A stretch of 64,000 nt of DNA from an uncultured Nitrososphaeraceae archaeon. Its GTDB lineage: Archaea > Thermoproteota > Nitrososphaeria > Nitrososphaerales > Nitrososphaeraceae. Under the pieces are notes generated by a model, which saw only the letters and a program-made list of their open reading frames with translations, ran no database searches and had not been told where the DNA came from. The position numbers were made by a program, and so were the translations under genes. This document shows, piece by piece, positions 11,795 through 22,816 of this stretch (position 1 is the first letter of the stretch; the number at the start of each line of letters is the position of its first letter). The DNA lies in assembly GCA_963837175.1 (NCBI GenBank), contig CAWIMJ010000008.1:1-64000 (forward strand). Direction: 5' to 3'.

Positions 11795-12181
11795 TCATGT
11801 GATGTATCCATGGATGCAGAGCGAGCAGCCTGTGTATTCACCACTGACTTGTAATACTTCTTCACGATCAGAGATTTCCTTGAGTATTTCTAACGTTAAT
11901 TTTTGATTTGTTACATAATGAGTACCTTTATCGTAAACAGCTGGAACCATGTCTGTTTTTTTGTATGCATATTTCTTGGCAGCATTTGTATCTATGCCGT
12001 CTTTTGTAAACACTTCTATATTATACATATACATAGTCGCTGGATTTTTCTGTTGTCGTAACAGCAAGTCATAAACAAGATAGGGATTTACCTTAGGAAG
12101 CTGTGTTTGGTATTTCTTCTGTAGTTTCTCAAATTGATTTTTTATTTCCGATACTTCATACAGATTATGTATGTTATTCAT
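11795..12181 (-). CDS. Hypothetical protein
   Basis: Clean 128-aa ORF with protein-like composition. Confidence 0.6.
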   Translation of the reverse strand: MNNIHNLYEVSEIKNQFEKLQKKYQTQLPKVNPYLVYDLLLRQQKNPATMYMYNIEVFTKDGIDTNAAKKYAYKKTDMVPAVYDKGTHYVTNQKLTLEILKEISDREEVLQVSGEYTGCSLCIHGYIT

Positions 12182-12269
12182 TATTCTATGAATTGCTTTA
12201 TTGCTCTATAAGAATAGAGACGAATTTCATGTGTGAATTCCAAAATTGGAATTCGTATAACTACTTTTA

Positions 12270-12599
12270 ATGTTCAATATCGTTATAATTGTTATGATGG
12301 ATAAAGTATCGTCATCATCCAATAAAAGTAATAATAATAAATGCGCATTAGGTAGCAAAATATTATCATTAAATAAACATGAAAAATTCAATAGTAGTAA
12401 AGGAGAAGAATTAATTATTGATGGAATTCTTTATCGTTTTGATGCAAAAGATTGCGCTACCATGTTTAAACGTTTTAGGAGTGTATATGGTAATAAATTT
12501 GATGAACTTCTAGGTCAAGAACACTATATTTCTGATCCTTTTTGGAATAAAGTAATTCCTAGTAAACAAGAGATTAGAGAAATTGAAAAGGAAGCATAA
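12270..12599 (+). CDS. TRASH/YHS-like small domain protein
   Basis: IIDGILYRFDAKDCATMFK resembles the YHS/TRASH 'G..Y.F.S..C...F' pattern; true start probably about 12294. Confidence 0.5.
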   Translation: MFNIVIIVMMDKVSSSSNKSNNNKCALGSKILSLNKHEKFNSSKGEELIIDGILYRFDAKDCATMFKRFRSVYGNKFDELLGQEHYISDPFWNKVIPSKQEIREIEKEA

Positions 12600-12625
12600 A
12601 GAAGAAAAGTATTAGTTGTTAAATA

Positions 12626-12973
12626 GTGGTGATTAATCTAAAAATGCTACAAACTCAATATTATAATCTTATTGACGCTATTGTTTATCTTATTGCTGCT
12701 ATAATTCCAACTTACTTTATTTTAAAATCAAGAAACAGTATCAATAATAATAATAATCATTTTAGAAAATTAACCATAATACTTGTAGGCTTTATTTTAA
12801 TTCAGGTTTTCTACCACATTGCTGCAATCATTGGCTTTAGGTTATTGGCAAAAGGATTCCTAGAACCATTATCGATGGCGGCATTACTTTTGTTTGGAGT
12901 AATGTACCTTATAAGTACGTGGAAGACAAGAAAACAACAAAAGCAACAGCAGCAGGAGGGACTCAAGACATGA
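12626..12973 (+). CDS. Small integral membrane protein (about 3 TM)
   Basis: Hydrophobic segments, intramembrane His (FYHIAA); stop overlaps next ATG (ATGA). Confidence 0.65.
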   Translation: MVINLKMLQTQYYNLIDAIVYLIAAIIPTYFILKSRNSINNNNNHFRKLTIILVGFILIQVFYHIAAIIGFRLLAKGFLEPLSMAALLLFGVMYLISTWKTRKQQKQQQQEGLKT

Positions 12974-13371
12974 TAAATATATTTGAAAATAACAATACGG
13001 ATAATAGTACTTCTTATTTTGTGCATTCTATGAGTGACATCACATTCATTCTGTCATTGATACCATTGATCATATTCGTATGGCTTGCAGTCAGATCCAA
13101 GAGCATTAAAGCTTTCCAATTTCAAATATCAATATTTATTGCAGTTTACATTTTAGGAGAAATATTAGAAAATAATAGAATTGCTATATTTTCAACTTTG
13201 CCACCAGACATTGGATCGCAAATACATGTTGGCTCTGCTATTTTTTTCACTATAATGATATGGTTTAGATTTTATTATGCAGAAAAAAGAGGAAAAGAGA
13301 TGGTTGAAAGTAGTAGTATAGATGATGGTAATAGTAATGATGGTAGTGGCAGTAGTAGCAGTAATAACTGA
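12970..13371 (+). CDS. Small integral membrane protein (about 3 TM)
   Basis: ATG at 12970 translationally coupled to upstream gene; TM segments, GSQIHVGSA. Confidence 0.65.
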   Translation: MINIFENNNTDNSTSYFVHSMSDITFILSLIPLIIFVWLAVRSKSIKAFQFQISIFIAVYILGEILENNRIAIFSTLPPDIGSQIHVGSAIFFTIMIWFRFYYAEKRGKEMVESSSIDDGNSNDGSGSSSSNN

Positions 13372-13417
13372 GTTGTTATTGTTATTATCATCATTCTTCT
13401 TACAATAATCATCATCA

Positions 13418-13825
13418 TCATTCTAATGAATAAAACCGTGCCATCGTCTTTTTAATAATATCAAAATTCTGTTCAGCTTCTACAATTATATTATTGCTTT
13501 CGTATTTGACGTTTATAGATTTAAGAACACTATGATATAAACTAAATTTCTTTCCTTCTGGTGTAATAATAATTTTGTCAACTATAACAAGTCCTTCGTT
13601 AAGCAGCCACTTGGTCTTTCTATAGCATGTAGTATGAGGAATATTACTTTCTCTTGTAATATCAACAATGGATTTAGAATGATACATAACAGAATCCAAG
13701 ATTTTAGTCATTTCTTCATCAGCCAAAGCAGCTAGGATTGCTTTCTTTGCGCTTTGGCTTTGAACTATCATTATTCTCCAATTTCTTGTTATTTCATTCG
13801 TATTTAATAATATATTAACGGTCAT
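13418..13825 (-). CDS. Winged helix-turn-helix transcriptional regulator (ArsR-like, archaeal)
   Basis: ILAALADE...SKSIVDI..ESNIPHTTCYRK..WL...GL...GKKFSLY. Confidence 0.8.
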   Translation of the reverse strand: MTVNILLNTNEITRNWRIMIVQSQSAKKAILAALADEEMTKILDSVMYHSKSIVDITRESNIPHTTCYRKTKWLLNEGLVIVDKIIITPEGKKFSLYHSVLKSINVKYESNNIIVEAEQNFDIIKKTMARFYSLE

Positions 13826-13991
13826 AGCTGCAACAAGCTAGGTTCTCCTTTCTTTATTTGCTAAGGAACACCTATTATAACAAATATTCGGAAATGCTTA
13901 AACTCGTTTGAAAATACTTTTGCTATTTTTTTTCGTATTTAGACGAATTCCACTTGTGAAATTCAGAGATGGAATTTGTCTCCTTGTTTAT

Positions 13992-14739
13992 ATGAAAACC
14001 AAGATAGATAAGAGATCGAAGAACATGAATCGAAAAAAAATAACAACCCCAAAACGAGCACAGCTAATGGCTGTGACAATCATGGCTGCATCAGTAATAG
14101 CAGCATCTATTATAGTAGGCATCAACAATAGCCAAAACCTACAAAAGGTAGTGGCACAAGAAGTCTATCCATCTGGAACAAGCAAAACAACAGCAACAGA
14201 AACATCAAATGGGTACAAGACTGCAGCATCAGCAGCAAATAGTAGTACAGACTACTGCAGCAGCAGAAGTAAAAGCAGTTAGTCCAAACCAATCTACTAA
14301 CAAGGAATTCTGGATAAATACTGTACACTTTGATGGAATGACAAACATAAATGCTGGCGTAAAATGTGATACTTGTCCTCAAAATACTCCAACACATCCA
14401 CCAGAGCAGCCTCCTGTAAATTCTACTATACCAACTGGAGGAGGATTCAGGATAACAGAACCAAATAAAGTAGGAGCTTGGGACTTTAGATCATTTTCAT
14501 TCTCTCTAGATCAAATAGTCGTTAACCAAGGCGATAAAGTCACTCTCCATTTCATAGGGGTACAAGGAGCACACCATGTCATCGATGTCCAAGGAGTCGA
14601 TACCTTTGAACTTATGAGAGGACAAATCCATACTGTATCATTTGTAGCAAACAACCCTGGAACCATGACATATACCTGCCACGTACACTTGCCAAACATG
14701 GTTGGTCAGATATTGGTACTACCTAAAGCAGCAGTATGA
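13992..14739 (+). pseudogene. Secreted cupredoxin (type-1 copper) protein, frameshifted near 14250
   Basis: Signal/TM in ORF 13908-14282; ORF 14209-14739 has IVVNQGDKVTL, GAHH and YTCHVHLPNMVGQILV (His...Cys-x2-His-x3-Met). Confidence 0.8.
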
Positions 14740-14771
14740 ACATAATAAGAACAGAAACAGCAACGATAACT

Positions 14772-14811
14772 GATACTTGTTATGCACAGAAGATAGCACA
14801 TAACAAGTATC
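14772..14811 (+). terminator. 13-bp perfect inverted repeat after cupredoxin gene
   Basis: gatacttgttatg-N14-cataacaagtatc. Confidence 0.45.
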
Positions 14812-16076
14812 TTCCTCAATTTTCTGCAATAATAACTAGCTATTTACAATCATATTTTCATTATTTCTATACTAGCAATATCGCTTTTATTCTAAAGGAA
14901 GCTTTCTGAATTATCCATTCTGTCCATATCAAGTTGATTAGATAGGTTTGGGGAGGTAGACGATAATGAAGAATTGAATGAAGAAACGCCGATAGCATTA
15001 TCCATAATACCATTTGTGAAATGATTCAACAAATTATCATAAAGCGTGTTAACTTAATCTGGTATCATATCATTATAATCATTATAATCCTCAATATCTA
15101 ACATCGATGTACGTCGGTCGAAAATTCATATAGTGTAATTTCAAACCAGCAATGTTCAGGGTACTACAGGTACATTCAAAACATTAGACGGTCTGACAAG
15201 GAGCAGTTTGAAGAGCAACTGAAAGAATTCGATAATGAGATTGATCGATGGAAGATGCCATACAAATTAAGCAGAAATTAATAAAGCCTACACTTACCCC
15301 TGTTCTGTATATACTCAAGAATCTTAAATAATATAATATTATATGCATTTAGCTGCAAATGTGTAAAATTTGCGGGTTCGGTGGAATCCAGGCTGATGTC
15401 GATGCAAAACGTAGGTGCTATTAGATCGTAACAACAGTCTAAGCTTTGAGGGTTTTCTCTTCTATTTTCAAGTTAAATACCGTCAATATTATCATTAATT
15501 TAGCGTTCTTTTCTGAAGTCATTTCTTCTGGTTTATAGTAGGCATTCCCGATTAATGTTGTTCAGTATATTTGAGAACATCCTCTTCTATTTTGCCGGCT
15601 TGTTCTCTTTGAATGTCCTTAAGCTATCATAGATTTTTGTGCTATTGAATATCTATTCTTGATGCTTTTTCGACTATAGAATTGGCTATAACTTGTATTA
15701 TCTCCATAGCGGTGGGAACCTCTTTAGGAGGAGGAGATATTCTTATTATTCTCCAACCCCATGCTTTCTATTATCAGTTTCTTCCTTTTGTTTCTGTTCT
15801 TCATCCTCTGCAATAGCCTCAATATCTTTGTGCTCTTGGTTGACTTGATTACACTATTTTTAGCGTTTGTTGAATGATCTGTCGATATACATCTGACATT
15901 TTATATAAGATATGACACTTTCTACAAATTATGACAAGTCTTAAAGAAGTTAAATCATTGAGAGTATTGTAGAACTGTATTGGGATAAACTAGAGTTTGG
16001 CTAAAGCGGATCTTTATGTATGATAATAATAATAACAATAGTTTATTTAAACACATCTATCTTTCTCTAGTTAGTC

Positions 16077-16679
16077 TTAATTAACTACCGTTAGATTTTT
16101 GCCATGATGTTCAAGTAACTTTTGCTTTTGTTCTTTTGAAAGTCTTTTATCAAAATCTTCCTGATGATAAAAACAAAATCCTTTCAATTTTATATTATCG
16201 TCATAACTTGTTGGTAGAGACATTTCATATTCTATAAGTTTATCAATTCCATTAGGGAAGTAGAATGAGGCTAACTCAGCAATTACAGATACTCCGCTTT
16301 TACCAGAGTTTTGAGCCTGCTTTGCTAACTTTTCTACAAGTGACATTAAATCTGTGTCTGAATTAAAATATGCTTTTACAGAATCTATAATCATAAGAGA
16401 TCCTTCTTTCTCATATTTTCTTACATCAATGATATTGCCTTCTATACTATTGTCATTCTCTCCTGACAATATACTTCTAACCATCTCAGTAGTTTCATAA
16501 TATGGAAGGATTAGAACAATCTCATTATTATCCTCAAGTTGAGCTTTGATATAGCCTGAATAAATCTGTCTTAATGTCATCATATCATAATAGACAATAA
16601 TATAGTGAGCACCAAATTCTGCCTGTCTTAATTGTTTTAGCACATCATTGCTATTACCGCTTATTGGATTTTCAAGCAT
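16077..16679 (-). CDS. MEDS domain sensor protein
   Basis: GAHYIIVY, YEKEGSLMIIDS, KLIEYE..LP, GFCFYHQEDF, LLEHH. Confidence 0.8.
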   Translation of the reverse strand: MLENPISGNSNDVLKQLRQAEFGAHYIIVYYDMMTLRQIYSGYIKAQLEDNNEIVLILPYYETTEMVRSILSGENDNSIEGNIIDVRKYEKEGSLMIIDSVKAYFNSDTDLMSLVEKLAKQAQNSGKSGVSVIAELASFYFPNGIDKLIEYEMSLPTSYDDNIKLKGFCFYHQEDFDKRLSKEQKQKLLEHHGKNLTVVN

Positions 16680-16775
16680 ATAGATAACTGAATGTTGTAT
16701 GTAATCGAATTTTAATGTTATATGTTATTTTTAAAGATCAATATGAAGTAGGCTTCTTTCTTTTGCTTTAATTGA

Positions 16776-17186
16776 TTATGTCGATATATGTTTTCGTATT
16801 ATACTATTTAATTCTTTACCGGATACTGGCTTTTGAATAATGCCATTTACCTTAGTAGACATCAACCCTTCTGAGACAATATCTGTACTAATATCAAAGG
16901 CTGTCATTAATAATACCTTGACTTCTGGTTTGATTTCTCTACTCTTTTTTGCAAATTCCAGTCCATTCATACCTGGCATTCTTAGATCAGAAAGAATTAT
17001 AGTGTAACCTTTAAAATTCATTTGAAAATGCTCTAATGCTAAAAATGGGTTAGTAAAGCCAAAGACATTAAAGCCATTCATTCTCAATGAAGCTATTATT
17101 ACTGTAGTGATATCTGGTTCATCGTCTAACACTAGGATATTATTAATTTCACCATCAGTAGTAGCAATATTGTCTCTGCTAGTCAT
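16776..17186 (-). CDS. Stand-alone response regulator receiver
   Basis: ILVLDDEPD, SDLRMPGMNG, LMTAF, IQKP. Confidence 0.92.
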   Translation of the reverse strand: MTSRDNIATTDGEINNILVLDDEPDITTVIIASLRMNGFNVFGFTNPFLALEHFQMNFKGYTIILSDLRMPGMNGLEFAKKSREIKPEVKVLLMTAFDISTDIVSEGLMSTKVNGIIQKPVSGKELNSIIRKHIST

Positions 17187-17942
17187 AGCAATTACACGTT
17201 CCTATCTTTATAACAATATACAATCTTGCCCTTCTCATTCTCATTTTTTTCTATCAGCTAATTAATAAAATAGATTTATCTCATACTTAAGGATGTATAT
17301 CTTATTCTTTTTGTTAGCACTAGAAGATCATTTTCAATATAGATTAAACAATTATGCATGTTAATGGTTTATACTTCTGCACTACTTTGAAAGAGAAATT
17401 GGCAAACATCTGATATTATTCTATCATTCAGAAATATCGTCTTTGCTATATGATAAATTCCTGGCCCTTCTCTTCTATAGATATAACTTGATTGTATGTC
17501 TGTGGAATATGATGATGAATGCTATGATAATGTGAAATTGGACGCAAAATAGATAGTAGTAGTAGTTATAGAATTTAATTCATTGGACAGGTGGTTCTAA
17601 TAACACTAGCATATTTTGATTGCTTTTAATAACAGTAATTTTGTTAGGCATGTTAAAAATACCATAATAATCCAATAATGAATTAGAAATGTGGAAGATA
17701 TTTCTTGTTTTTCGTAAAAAAAAGAGTTAGGGTAAGATTTTAAAATATATCAAACAATTCGCCTTTGAGTGTGGCTTGACGATGATCGCAGCCAGATTAT
17801 CATAGAATTTATAATAATATTATTTTTGTTCTTCTATGCGGTCATTTTTTTCAATCTATGACCGATACATTTACTAATTATACTTTGACAGAAGAAGAAG
17901 GAGGGGGAACCAACATCGATCCTAGAGAAGAGTAATCGTTTA

Positions 17943-18659
17943 TTAGCCTATTATATTGTTATTATTAGTGGTAGCAACAGTAGTTCCGGCTTCGCAGTCA
18001 TTTGATCTAATGTCACTTTGAGTAGCGTTGAAATCTAAAACTTTATCGTTTCCTTGTCCACAGATAAAATTATCCTGGCCTAGGCCGCCAGAAAGAGTAT
18101 CAGCCCCTGGACCACCAATTAGAGTATCATTGCCAGCTGCGCCTTTAAGAGTATCCGCACCTTGGTCACCAATCAAGTAATCATTTCCTTCAGCGCCATC
18201 AATATTGTCATTTCCTGCATTACCTTCAATTACATCCATCCCAGCTCCACCAGAAAGAGTATCATTGCCTGGACCACCAATCAAGTAATCATTTCCTTCA
18301 CCGCCATCAATATTGTCGTCTCCTGCTTGTCCTGTAATTGTGTCGTTTCCAGCAAGACCTACCAGGACATCATTTTCAGCTGAACCTCTTATATTATCAT
18401 CAGTTGGAGTTCCAGTCTGTTTGGAACTAGCAGTTGTCGTAGGTGTATTTGAGGGTTTAACATCAGTTGTGGTTTGGGGCTTAGTATTATCTCCTCCAAA
18501 CAACTTTTCATGGAAAAATGCTGATGCTTCTTGGTCATTGATGATGTTATTGGTACCAGTAGTGCTGGAAACTGAAAATAATAGAAATAAAAATAAAATT
18601 GTTACTAATCCAGATAAAAAAACAACTAATGTTGCTGTTGTTATTTTGTTCTCATACAT
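17943..18659 (-). CDS. Secreted/anchored RTX (hemolysin-type) calcium-binding repeat protein
   Basis: N-terminal TM and about 12 GGxGxDxLx nonapeptides, ending D...DCE. Confidence 0.88.
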   Translation of the reverse strand: MYENKITTATLVVFLSGLVTILFLFLLFSVSSTTGTNNIINDQEASAFFHEKLFGGDNTKPQTTTDVKPSNTPTTTASSKQTGTPTDDNIRGSAENDVLVGLAGNDTITGQAGDDNIDGGEGNDYLIGGPGNDTLSGGAGMDVIEGNAGNDNIDGAEGNDYLIGDQGADTLKGAAGNDTLIGGPGADTLSGGLGQDNFICGQGNDKVLDFNATQSDIRSNDCEAGTTVATTNNNNIIG

Positions 18660-19209
18660 TCTTAATTAATAATTCTACAAACTACTAGATATCTTTAGTG
18701 TTTTATCACTAATAAATTGGATAATAGATTTTTATTCCTTTTATTGGTATTAATATATTACCAGCAGTAGTAGAAGAAATAACAACGGAAGAAGAATAAG
18801 AAAAAGAAGGAACAGATTTACATATGACGACCTTCTTTATCTCAAAATCTCTTATTTCTTCTACCTGCATGTGCATATGATAGAGACGTCATGCCAGACA
18901 CATACAAAAAGATTTGAGAAATAGAGGGACAAAATAGATCGCCTTATTATTATTACAGTAGAGTAGCAATAGCGAAAACGATAGAAGCAGAAACAGTCTC
19001 ATAAACAAGGATAGATAGTAACTATCTCAGACGAAGGAATGAATATTCATTCCCTGATGCAATTTATACCTTGTTTAGATTAAGCCGAAAAGAAATATGT
19101 GTAATGAAAGTCATATACACATCTCCTATTCCATTTTATTCTTCAAGAAATAAGGTTCTGTAAACTTAAAGGGGCATTCTTAAGGTGTAAACAGTCGGGA
19201 CAAGAAAAG

Positions 19210-19450
19210 GATTCTAGGCAGTATGAACTTGGACATCTCGTTTCTTCTTTTGAACTTCCTCCTTCTCTATTGCTGGCGGACGAGGTAGCTCAATACGACC
19301 AGTTCTGTTATAATCTTTTTTTTAGTAATCTGTAATATTTTACGTTATTTTTAACCCACGATCCCAATGAACTTCATCATTATGCTTCAAATTGAGATAT
19401 TTTTTAACGAACTTTGGAATTCTTTGACTTAATGTTGAAAACTCAGACAT
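19210..19450 (-). pseudogene. AbrB/MazE-like DNA-binding protein remnant
   Basis: MSEFSTLSQRIPKFVKKYLNLKHNDEVHW then frameshift. Confidence 0.4.
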
Positions 19451-19566
19451 TATTATTGGTACAAGTTCGATTAGAATGGTTTTTTAGATTTATTACCGAA
19501 ATGAAGAGTGAGAAAAAAGACATCTTGGGTTAGTTCCTTTACTAGAAGTAAATTACTAAAAGGTAT

Positions 19567-19734
19567 ATGGCAGGTGATGAAATATATTCAGAGCATTATG
19601 TCGTTTGTGGAGTATGTGCAGAAAACCTAGGAGCCCATAAACCTTATTTTGCACAGGAACATCTGAGAAAATATCCAGATCATAAGCAGTACAGGGTATT
19701 GTCTTACGAAGAAAAAGAGGTTTCTACTGCCTAA
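19567..19734 (+). CDS. Small Zn-finger protein (55 aa)
   Basis: Hand translation MAGDEIYSEHYVVCGVCAENLGAHKPYFAQEHLRKYPDHKQY... Confidence 0.5.
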   Translation: MAGDEIYSEHYVVCGVCAENLGAHKPYFAQEHLRKYPDHKQYRVLSYEEKEVSTA

Positions 19735-19924
19735 TATTCACAGGTCTACCCCAATAAAGTTTATTTTCTTTACTACAATTTTTACAATGATATGGAATCG
19801 CTATGCTATCTGTAATTTGATTGACGTCACATTCCGAATGAACATCATCTGGCGGATAGGCTTTGTATTCTGTACCACAGTGATGACATGAATAAAGCCG
19901 AGCGTTAGAAGTATTACTGGACAT
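19724..19924 (-). CDS. Small zinc-ribbon protein
   Basis: YSCHHCG...YHCKNC. Confidence 0.6.
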   Translation of the reverse strand: MSSNTSNARLYSCHHCGTEYKAYPPDDVHSECDVNQITDSIAIPYHCKNCSKENKLYWGRPVNIRQ

Positions 19925-19938
19925 TTTCTATCTACACC

Positions 19939-20112
19939 TCATTTGATTCCAGCTAGGTTCTTAGCCATTACTTTTTTTGAATCCAATTTTCTTGGCACAT
20001 CCCAGTATGCACTCTTACACTTTGGACATACTCTAGGTCTTTCTTCATCTCTTGGAACCCATTTATGACTACATCTTTCGCACCTGTATCCCTTAAGCGT
20101 GATTTCTGCCAT
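19939..20112 (-). CDS. Small zinc-ribbon protein (57 aa)
   Basis: Hand translation MAEITLKGYRCERCSHKWVPRDEERPRVCPKCKSAYWDVPRK... Confidence 0.7.
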   Translation of the reverse strand: MAEITLKGYRCERCSHKWVPRDEERPRVCPKCKSAYWDVPRKLDSKKVMAKNLAGIK

Positions 20113-20209
20113 GCTACTAGTGGTTACCTACTGGTATATAATCCCTACTTGCCACCTAAAGGTAATGTTAAATAATACCTTCTAGTTAACTACTACAAAG
20201 TAACTACTA

Positions 20210-20404
20210 ATGATAACCCAGCGGCTTCTACGAGGACAAAATATCGCAAAGGCAAATCAAGTCAGAAGAATTGATTCACATAGCTATATAGTAAAGTTTC
20301 AAGCAAGCAATAATGAATATGATGTTCTTTCGACCGAACTAGGATGGATCTGTTCATGTCCTACCACATCTTTAGGGGCATCATATCAAAGTATTCTGGG
20401 ATAA
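20210..20404 (+). pseudogene. SWIM zinc-finger N-terminus of an archaeal DDE transposase-like gene, truncated
   Basis: RG..IA...QVRRID..SYIVK..S.N.EYDV....GWICSCP then frameshift (next frame HIFRG). Confidence 0.6.
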
Positions 20405-21546
20405 AGGTAAATTTCTCCTTACTGAATATGGTATAAATCAGTGTAGGTATTTAGACCCATCTATTACTACTGGGGATTAGAAATAGCAGTAATAAATATA
20501 GCACAACAAGGATCAGGTACGCATATGTGCTGTTCCTCTTTTTTTAATTTACCGTATATTGATGTGGATGTTTTTGTGAATAATATTATTATTAATAGCA
20601 AATTTTTACCAGAACATAAGAGTTATGAGAATATAACCCTACTATAATCTTACTAAGAATATTTCTTATTTTGGGTAATTTGAATATATAAAACCCCAAA
20701 ATAAAAACTTATTTGAAATAACCATCCATTTAAGTTACAGATTGATAAGACGAATTTCCATAAATATTTCATTACCATTATTGCAATAGCAGCTATCTTA
20801 TTAGCTGAATAAAATATAATTGAAGGAAGATAGTTAAAGTTAAACAAGTTATTAAAGCAACAAATTGGAAGGCATTCAACTTTAGGGAAGAAAGAACAAC
20901 AATTACAGGAATTATTTTCTAAACAGGTAAACTATGATATATAAAATCAGAAAATAACATTTGAATTATTAAAAATTCATTTATGTAACACTGACGACAT
21001 TCTTAGAGGCTCTTCTTAAATAGGCGTAATGATACGTTTGAGGAGAATGCAGGGCTTAACCAAGAGGGTTTGTATGGCCTAGCTAATTATGGAGATATTT
21101 ATCAGATGTGATACAGGGATTGGTAGATTTGTACAAGAAAACTGCGGTGATACAATAAGTTATATATTCAAGTATTATTTAGTGTAGCCCAGTAATACAA
21201 CGCTCTACACGATTTTAAAAAATTACACCAGATTTTACACCACTCTAATTTAATTCACAAAATTATTAATACACAATAAGCTATAATTCTAGTAGGATAG
21301 ACGCAAACGTTACCAATGGAGAGAACTAATCCAAGCTAGAGAAAATTGTTGATTTCAAATTACACTTACACCATATGAACACAATATTTTACGACAATAT
21401 GAAGAGATTTTCTATATCCAAGAAATAGAAGATTCTGAGACAAAGCAGCATCACTGTCTACTACGGAAGTCAGGTAATGGATTTGGTTCAACCAATATCA
21501 AGATCATATAAGATCCTCTTGTCGTAAAGAACATTTATGAAAATCG

Positions 21547-22816
21547 CTAGGTTATTGGTTGATTGTTCTTTGTTTTCTCCCATATATGGGACATTACTTC
21601 AAAGACTGTCTGCTCAGCAGAACCGTTGAATTTTTCCTGCCACAATTTAGCTACATATTCACCAGGGGTATTTTTGCTCTCTACCCTACTCTCTAATATC
21701 TTTATATACTCTGCCTTAATACCCAGATCAGACAGACCTTTTTGTGCAAAATCAAGTTGATTCTTAATAGTATCTACAATGTTAAAATGGGTTTTAGCAT
21801 TGTAACCTGATCTTACTACAGCTATCCTTTCTTCTCTTAATGCGGGTAACGGTCGTAACTGTCTTTCTTCGTTAATAGCCCTATACAGGTAACCAATAAA
21901 GAATTCAATCATTGCTATTAGTGATTTGGGAGTTGGTTGGATTGACATTACCCTTGTTTCGAGACGGTAAAATTTAGAATTCATTCGAATACGTGCATCA
22001 TCGTGTCTTTCCTTTTCAAGTCCAAAGTAATCTTTTGCAATAATCGTTTTTCGTGAAGTAAGATAGTTAATATAATCTTCAATACCGTCCAAATACTTTG
22101 GTATAGCTGGAAACCCAGAATTCTGCTGTTCTGATTGATCATATAAATAAATTCTTGGTTCATGAAGAGAATATATTTTGCCTGCAAAAAGTCTACTATT
22201 TGCTGCCAGGTACTATCGCAGATGGAATCAAATTCAACATATGATTGAACATCTGTGATGTATGACTTGGATTTTGACCTTGCAAATGAAGATGAAAGCC
22301 TTGTATTGCTGTAGCTACTTGTAAAGCTTTTAACTTTTGTCCATCTATTTCAACATCGGGAATTTCCCTCTGCCATTGTGCTAGTTTCTTATATCTAGGC
22401 TCATCTGTAATTAAATCTTCTTTCAAGATTTCTGAAGAAGGATTGGCCCCTAGAAATACAGGAAAAACCATTTCCTTACTCTTGTATACTTTCTGAACTG
22501 TCTTATCAATTTGTTCTATGAATTGCTCAAATAAAACGTTTAGATCAACAAGATTTTCCATTGGCATTGGTGGCGTCCTGTATTCAAATTGGCAAATGCC
22601 ATACTCAGAAACTATTTCGTACTCTGTTCCTTTTAGTTCTTCAATTAGTGGTTGCGTATTAACAGGTTTTCCTCTATTATCAAGTAAACATACTTCGATC
22701 TCAATTCCTATACGAAATTTTTCATCGTATTTTTCTGAGTCTCGTTGGATCCTTTGCTTTAGATCTAGTGCTTGTTCGGTTATAGTATAGAAGTCATAGT
22801 TAGAGTCGTTATCCAA
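21547..22816 (-). pseudogene. Glutamate--cysteine ligase family 2 (GCS2), one frameshift near 22210
   Basis: IGIEIEVCL, QFEY.TPP, GFHLHL; other frame ANSRLFAGK...EPRIYLY joins ORF 21547-22092 (RLETRV). Confidence 0.8.

Noticed and set aside
7774-15390. ggttcggtgg shared at about 7774 and 15375, resembling a tRNA 3' end/att site on the minus strand
   Set aside because: Only a 10-bp core match, no complete T-loop and no integrase; could be chance
15130-15860. Coding-like fragments on both strands
   Set aside because: Multiple stops and no recognisable family; cannot support a call
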